A DNA stretch of 60,693 bases. Source: a virus. The notes below the pieces were generated by a model. It was not told where the DNA came from. It made no database searches and saw nothing but the letters and a program-made list of their open reading frames with translations. The stretch lies in IMG/VR virus record IMGVR_UViG_3300029604_000003; one strand, 5' to 3'. The translations under genes were made by a program, and so were the position numbers. Positions within the stretch are counted from its first letter, which is position 1; every line of letters starts with the position of its first letter. This document shows positions 56,673 through 60,693 of the stretch, in pieces.

Positions 56673-59060
56673 TTATCCCCACGTCGCTGCTAATGGCGTC
56701 CAGGCAGAACCATTGTAGAATCTAGCTACACCTGAAGTATCGATCCACAGGAGCTTAGTATTGGCCGGGGCAGAAGCACCGTAATGATATCCTCCAGGGT
56801 CTTCCGATCCTACAGCAAGCCAGCCAGGATCTCCCCATGATCCTCCGTATGAAATATAAACATACATCATTTTATTACGAGGGTTATATACTAACTGGCC
56901 GGGATATGGAGAAGATGGAAAACCGCCGCCTTCTCCAATATAAAGGCCGTTGACTCCTCCCCAATATTTCCCATTATAAACCTGTAAAACATCTGATTGG
57001 TCCGGATTAACCCATAGATCACCAACTTTAGGATTTGTTGGTTTGGATGCTCCATAGCTAACTCCGCCAGACTCGGCAGATTTCTTGATTGACTCTAACA
57101 GGTATTTACCATTTGGCGCATCAGCATGGAATGACTGAACATTACCTGGAGAGATAATATGAGTAGCCCCATCGAATGCTTTTAGATCGAAATTAGGAAA
57201 CTCTGTAGCCTGAGTGAACTTCGTGGTTGAGGATCGATATGGGGCTATATCTGTAGCCGTTTCTCCTTCTTCTAATTGAACTTGAATTTGGCAGTCGGTT
57301 ACGGTCGTTCCTTTAAAAACGGACACGCCCATACTATCAAGTGCGCCTTCGACCCTTGTAAAAGTGAATGTTTTCGATTTTGTATTATCGTTTGCAATGA
57401 TGTCAACAATATCAGTAACAGCATTATCAGTTACGTTTATTAAGAATACTCTTGCTGTTCCATTTTTTACACTCGCCGTAATTGTATATTTATTGCCAAC
57501 CGTTAGACGAGGAACAAGAATTGTTCTAAATAGTGCGAAAGTCGCATCGGCAGAAGCATCTGCTGTTCCTGAAGCGTGTATTACTCCATTTGAATCTACA
57601 GTAAATGTTACTCCATTCATAGTATACGATGAACCATGAAAATATGGATACGGAATCAGATTCTTTCCAATCGTCTTAATATCATAACCAGAATATGGAA
57701 CGAATGGATCATCGGTGTCAGTTACCATCCTAATATTAGAAACGGTCCCGTGAACATCACCAGTGGTTTTATGATATTGAATTACATAGTTGCAACTATG
57801 GTTTGTCCAGTCGTAATCATTTTTTGATAAAGTCTCAATATTAGTTACCCAAAGACCATTTTTAAAAATCTGAAAAAATGTATGTAAGGTTCCTTTAATT
57901 GTCGTATCATACTTAGCATACAGTGTATTTATAGTATTATTAAATAACTTCTCGACGTGCTCATATAATACAAAACCAGGTTGCACAGTACCGTCGGATA
58001 TAGTACCGTCTAATGAAATTATTCCTTCTTTAGTGTATGTCATAGTTACACCATGCGAAACGCTTCCGCTAGCTTTGACGTATGGATAAGGTAATAAATT
58101 CCTGGTAGCCTTGCCAATCATCAACGGCGCTTCTACAGTACCTGTTAGATCCGTTTTCGTTGACTCGATAAGCGATACTTTCTCTTTACCTAGCTTCTCT
58201 GCTTCCAGAGTAAGTTTAGCTCCAAGGTCACCTTCGAGTTTGTTTTTTATATTTTCAAACCACTTATCAAACTCGGTCTGGGACGCCTTTTCCCACTGCT
58301 GGAACGTAGACCAGTTAGCATCGTAAGCGGCTTTAATTGTAGCGAACCACTGATCATAGCCATTCTTAATACTGTCGTACCATTTCTGATAGTCCGATTT
58401 TGAAGTTGCTTGCCAATCCGTAATCTCTTTTTTAGCTGCCGTGAGCCAAGCCTGGTAATTCTGCTTCTCTCCATTCATCCATGTATTGAAGTTTGCAGTA
58501 TTCTCTTCTACAAACCGATTCAAGATATCTTTCCATTGAGGAATAAGCTGTTCGATGCTGATTACCTCGAGAATGCCTGTAACAAATGGACATGCGCTCG
58601 TCCCTACACAGTTTTCAATATCCGCCTGTCTGATTGACGTAACCTCTTTACCGACTGTGACATATGCCAATGGATACTGATGAACTTCTTTAGTATTTGT
58701 CAATGCCGGTTTGGCTGGTGTAGACGATGGCGTTCCTTTAATTAATTTAATGCTGTTTGCTCTTACAGATTCAACTGAATTGATCTCCAGAACAACTGCA
58801 TCAATACGATCCATAAGAATCTCTGATGGTGGAATAGTCACTGGATAAAGAGCATCGTTGTAACTCCAAGTATGATTAAACCATGCTCGTCCAGTTCCAA
58901 CCGTTACATTCATCTGATTGCTCTGCTTTACGACAAGGCAGTCTCCGATGGATGCAAAAATTCCATCTCGAATCAAGCCATCAAATAATCTTGAAATGTC
59001 GGTAGCGTCATATAATCTATCATGATCTACGGAATTAAAAAATCCAGATGCAAAACTCAT
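56673..59060 (-). CDS. Tail fibre / receptor-binding protein (795 aa)
   Basis: The N-terminus MSFASGFFNSVDHDRLYDATDISRLFDGLIRDGIF is typical of Firmicutes phage fibre/structural proteins. A Trp-periodic helical segment (..W..) follows. The C-terminus carries repeated GDLWV / LLWID...YNG..W motifs. It lies downstream of the hub protein. Confidence 0.65.
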   Translation of the reverse strand: MSFASGFFNSVDHDRLYDATDISRLFDGLIRDGIFASIGDCLVVKQSNQMNVTVGTGRAWFNHTWSYNDALYPVTIPPSEILMDRIDAVVLEINSVESVRANSIKLIKGTPSSTPAKPALTNTKEVHQYPLAYVTVGKEVTSIRQADIENCVGTSACPFVTGILEVISIEQLIPQWKDILNRFVEENTANFNTWMNGEKQNYQAWLTAAKKEITDWQATSKSDYQKWYDSIKNGYDQWFATIKAAYDANWSTFQQWEKASQTEFDKWFENIKNKLEGDLGAKLTLEAEKLGKEKVSLIESTKTDLTGTVEAPLMIGKATRNLLPYPYVKASGSVSHGVTMTYTKEGIISLDGTISDGTVQPGFVLYEHVEKLFNNTINTLYAKYDTTIKGTLHTFFQIFKNGLWVTNIETLSKNDYDWTNHSCNYVIQYHKTTGDVHGTVSNIRMVTDTDDPFVPYSGYDIKTIGKNLIPYPYFHGSSYTMNGVTFTVDSNGVIHASGTADASADATFALFRTILVPRLTVGNKYTITASVKNGTARVFLINVTDNAVTDIVDIIANDNTKSKTFTFTRVEGALDSMGVSVFKGTTVTDCQIQVQLEEGETATDIAPYRSSTTKFTQATEFPNFDLKAFDGATHIISPGNVQSFHADAPNGKYLLESIKKSAESGGVSYGASKPTNPKVGDLWVNPDQSDVLQVYNGKYWGGVNGLYIGEGGGFPSSPYPGQLVYNPRNKMMYVYISYGGSWGDPGWLAVGSEDPGGYHYGASAPANTKLLWIDTSGVARFYNGSAWTPLAATWG

Positions 59061-59084
59061 ATTTTTCCTCCTTTATCTTATTCT

Positions 59085-60224
59085 TTAAGAGCCTACTGGT
59101 ATTCTATTATCATCGGCACTTACAAAGTCTGTAAAAGTAGGGTATGAAGTTTCCCCACTAGAATCTTGGGACATAATAAATTCCGACACGGTTGATGTCC
59201 CTTTAATACCATAGTCGTTTTCTATCTGTACTACATCCCCCATTTTGAAATCTCGTCCGTATACAAACATAGTATGAGGATCAACATCTCCATCCATAGA
59301 TATGGTATGTGGTTTCTCAGCTAAAGCTTCTTTGCCCTTCTGAGCAACTACTTTCAGTCGCTCGGCGTCGCTCATTTTATGGTCCTCATCCTCAGAAGTA
59401 ATCGATCCAGCATCAATATATATCTCGCATCGATGCATACCGCTCAACTGTTCCTGAGTTTCTCCGTCCCTAGTCACTTCTTTAGTAATCTTCAACGGAT
59501 TCCCGGATAATGTTTGTGTATCCCCATCTTCTCCAACAGTTAACGCAACGTTTGCGTAATCTTCTTTACTGTCCAAATAAGATGTGTTATTTAAGTTTTC
59601 AAATGAAGGACTGAATACAACATACGGAGTTAATTGCTGTGCATAAGATCTATCAATGCCTTTGTACAGCTCAAACTCAAATTGTTTATTTTCATTTAAC
59701 GTAACTTTAAACCCAATTTGCTTTTCTATGCAAAGAGAGTTTATTGCCTCATATAAGTTTTCATGCTGCTCATACTTGGCGTCGATTGTAAGGGCAGTTA
59801 TTCTACTGTCCGTACTTTTCTTGAATACAAAGTTAGGAATCTTTCTTTCCGATTTTGACGGTGCTATAATAGCGTCATTTATAAGCTTCTCTATTCCATC
59901 TTGGAAATTTCCGCCAAGTGTAGTATTGTCCCATATTATCCTACGCTTCAGCAAGCTCTCAAGAGAGTAGCCTATAACTTTAATTGTTGGTCCTTCTGTA
60001 GCATTCGTTTCAAGAAGCATTCCCTGAATAATCATCATGTGAACTGAATCATCATTTTGAAGATAGTAGTCATTGACTAGATAAGGAAACACTCCATCCA
60101 TGTCCAAAGTGAGGTAGAGTTCAAAGTCCCCATTCTCTTGATATCTATCAGTCCAAATGAAGGACTTGAACCTGTCAATAATGGCTACTTTTTCAAACCT
60201 TGAGTTTAATATTGTAGCTTCCAT
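59085..60224 (-). CDS. Gp37-like tail hub / Tal-position protein (379 aa)
   Basis: MEATILNSRFEKVAIIDRFKSFIWTDRYQENGDFELYL resembles the Siphovirus ReqiPepy6 Gp37-like family. It lies immediately after Dit. Confidence 0.6.
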   Translation of the reverse strand: MEATILNSRFEKVAIIDRFKSFIWTDRYQENGDFELYLTLDMDGVFPYLVNDYYLQNDDSVHMMIIQGMLLETNATEGPTIKVIGYSLESLLKRRIIWDNTTLGGNFQDGIEKLINDAIIAPSKSERKIPNFVFKKSTDSRITALTIDAKYEQHENLYEAINSLCIEKQIGFKVTLNENKQFEFELYKGIDRSYAQQLTPYVVFSPSFENLNNTSYLDSKEDYANVALTVGEDGDTQTLSGNPLKITKEVTRDGETQEQLSGMHRCEIYIDAGSITSEDEDHKMSDAERLKVVAQKGKEALAEKPHTISMDGDVDPHTMFVYGRDFKMGDVVQIENDYGIKGTSTVSEFIMSQDSSGETSYPTFTDFVSADDNRIPVGS

Positions 60225-60258
60225 TGCTTACCTCCTCAAATTAATCACATTCCATAAG

Positions 60259-60693
60259 TTATACTCCTTCGTATATCGTATCGTTTTCGATCTTGAACTG
60301 AATACTCATTGCTCCTTCTGTAGCATTGTAAATGAAGATATTATCTCCTTTCGACAGCTGGAACCAGCTCGATCCTTTACCTAAGCAGTTGAGAATGTTG
60401 GTCGTTAATCCGGCTCTCAGTAATGTAACTGACTTTTCTCCTCGCTTAGTATTTATAATGATATCATCACCAGCACCATATGCTTGACCGGTTAAGGTCT
60501 GTATAAAGTCAGTATTTATTCTCATAACTTCACGAGTTCTAGCGTTATAGATAACAATATCTTTTACTGTATCTAACGCATGAATTGTTATCGCTATACC
60601 AACTGAAGCATCTCCTTTATACGTTACTACATTCTCATACATATGTACGATATCGCCGAAGTTTATGAGCTTTTCAGTTAACGAATTGTTTTC
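60259..60693 (-). CDS. Distal tail protein (Dit), C-terminal part; continues from 573-1 across the junction
   Basis: The frame is open to the window end. 60595-60693 duplicates 1-99. The track's Met at 60642 is an internal residue of the 302-aa protein. Confidence 0.7.
   Translation of the reverse strand, partial: ENNSLTEKLINFGDIVHMYENVVTYKGDASVGIAITIHALDTVKDIVIYNARTREVMRINTDFIQTLTGQAYGAGDDIIINTKRGEKSVTLLRAGLTTNILNCLGKGSSWFQLSKGDNIFIYNATEGAMSIQFKIENDTIYEGV
60595..60693. repeat. Terminal direct repeat copy 2 (= 1-99)
   Basis: Identical to bases 1-99 by direct comparison. Confidence 0.95.

Noticed and set aside
196-60384. All plus-strand ORFs in the supplied track (e.g. 3997-4647, 6142-6759, 9979-10776, 21278-21772, 32421-32852, 35587-36081, 55867-56265)
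   Set aside because: Each lies antisense to a longer minus-strand gene with recognisable function or coupling. They lack ribosome-binding sites. Their compositions (Pro/His-rich opposite the Cys ladder, Ile/Phe/Leu-rich opposite Lys/Glu-rich genes) are mirror images of the sense codons.

Overview
The window is one complete, circularly closed dsDNA tailed-phage genome. Bases 1-99 are identical to 60595-60693, so the unit length is 60,594 bp, and the junction falls inside the distal-tail-protein gene. Every credible gene is on the minus strand; the plus-strand ORFs in the track are antisense shadows. In the direction of transcription (descending coordinates) the map has four parts. (1) A late operon starts near 21.7 kb: small-terminase-like gene, HNH, connector, TerL, portal, a protease-scaffold-capsid fusion, a major tail protein with a -1 frameshift Ig extension, chaperones, a CHAP-SH3b lysin and a 2,932-aa tape measure. 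It continues across the junction into Dit, a Gp37-like hub protein and a 795-aa fibre. (2) An unusual accessory block follows: a Cys-ladder protein with a small partner and a radical SAM/SPASM enzyme, then C1q/BclA-like and Gly/Trp-rich membrane proteins, an HExxH protein and two holin-like genes ending at 49.37 kb. (3) About 50 very small early genes lie at 49.3-31.8 kb. Many are membrane peptides or zinc ribbons, several in paralogous sets, punctuated by 12 copies of a TCGCA-N14-TATAAT promoter-like motif and a family of GAAA-loop terminator hairpins. (4) A replication block at 31.6-25.1 kb holds a helicase-primase-PolB fusion, an SSB-like gene, an SF2 helicase and two nucleases, followed by an 899-aa single-chain two-barrel (YonO/QDE-1-like, DFDGD) RNA polymerase. 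I saw no integrase, repressor, tRNA or CRISPR array. By inference this is a virulent siphovirus of a low-GC Gram-positive, probably anaerobic, host. All family assignments are motif recognition by eye; no searches were run.
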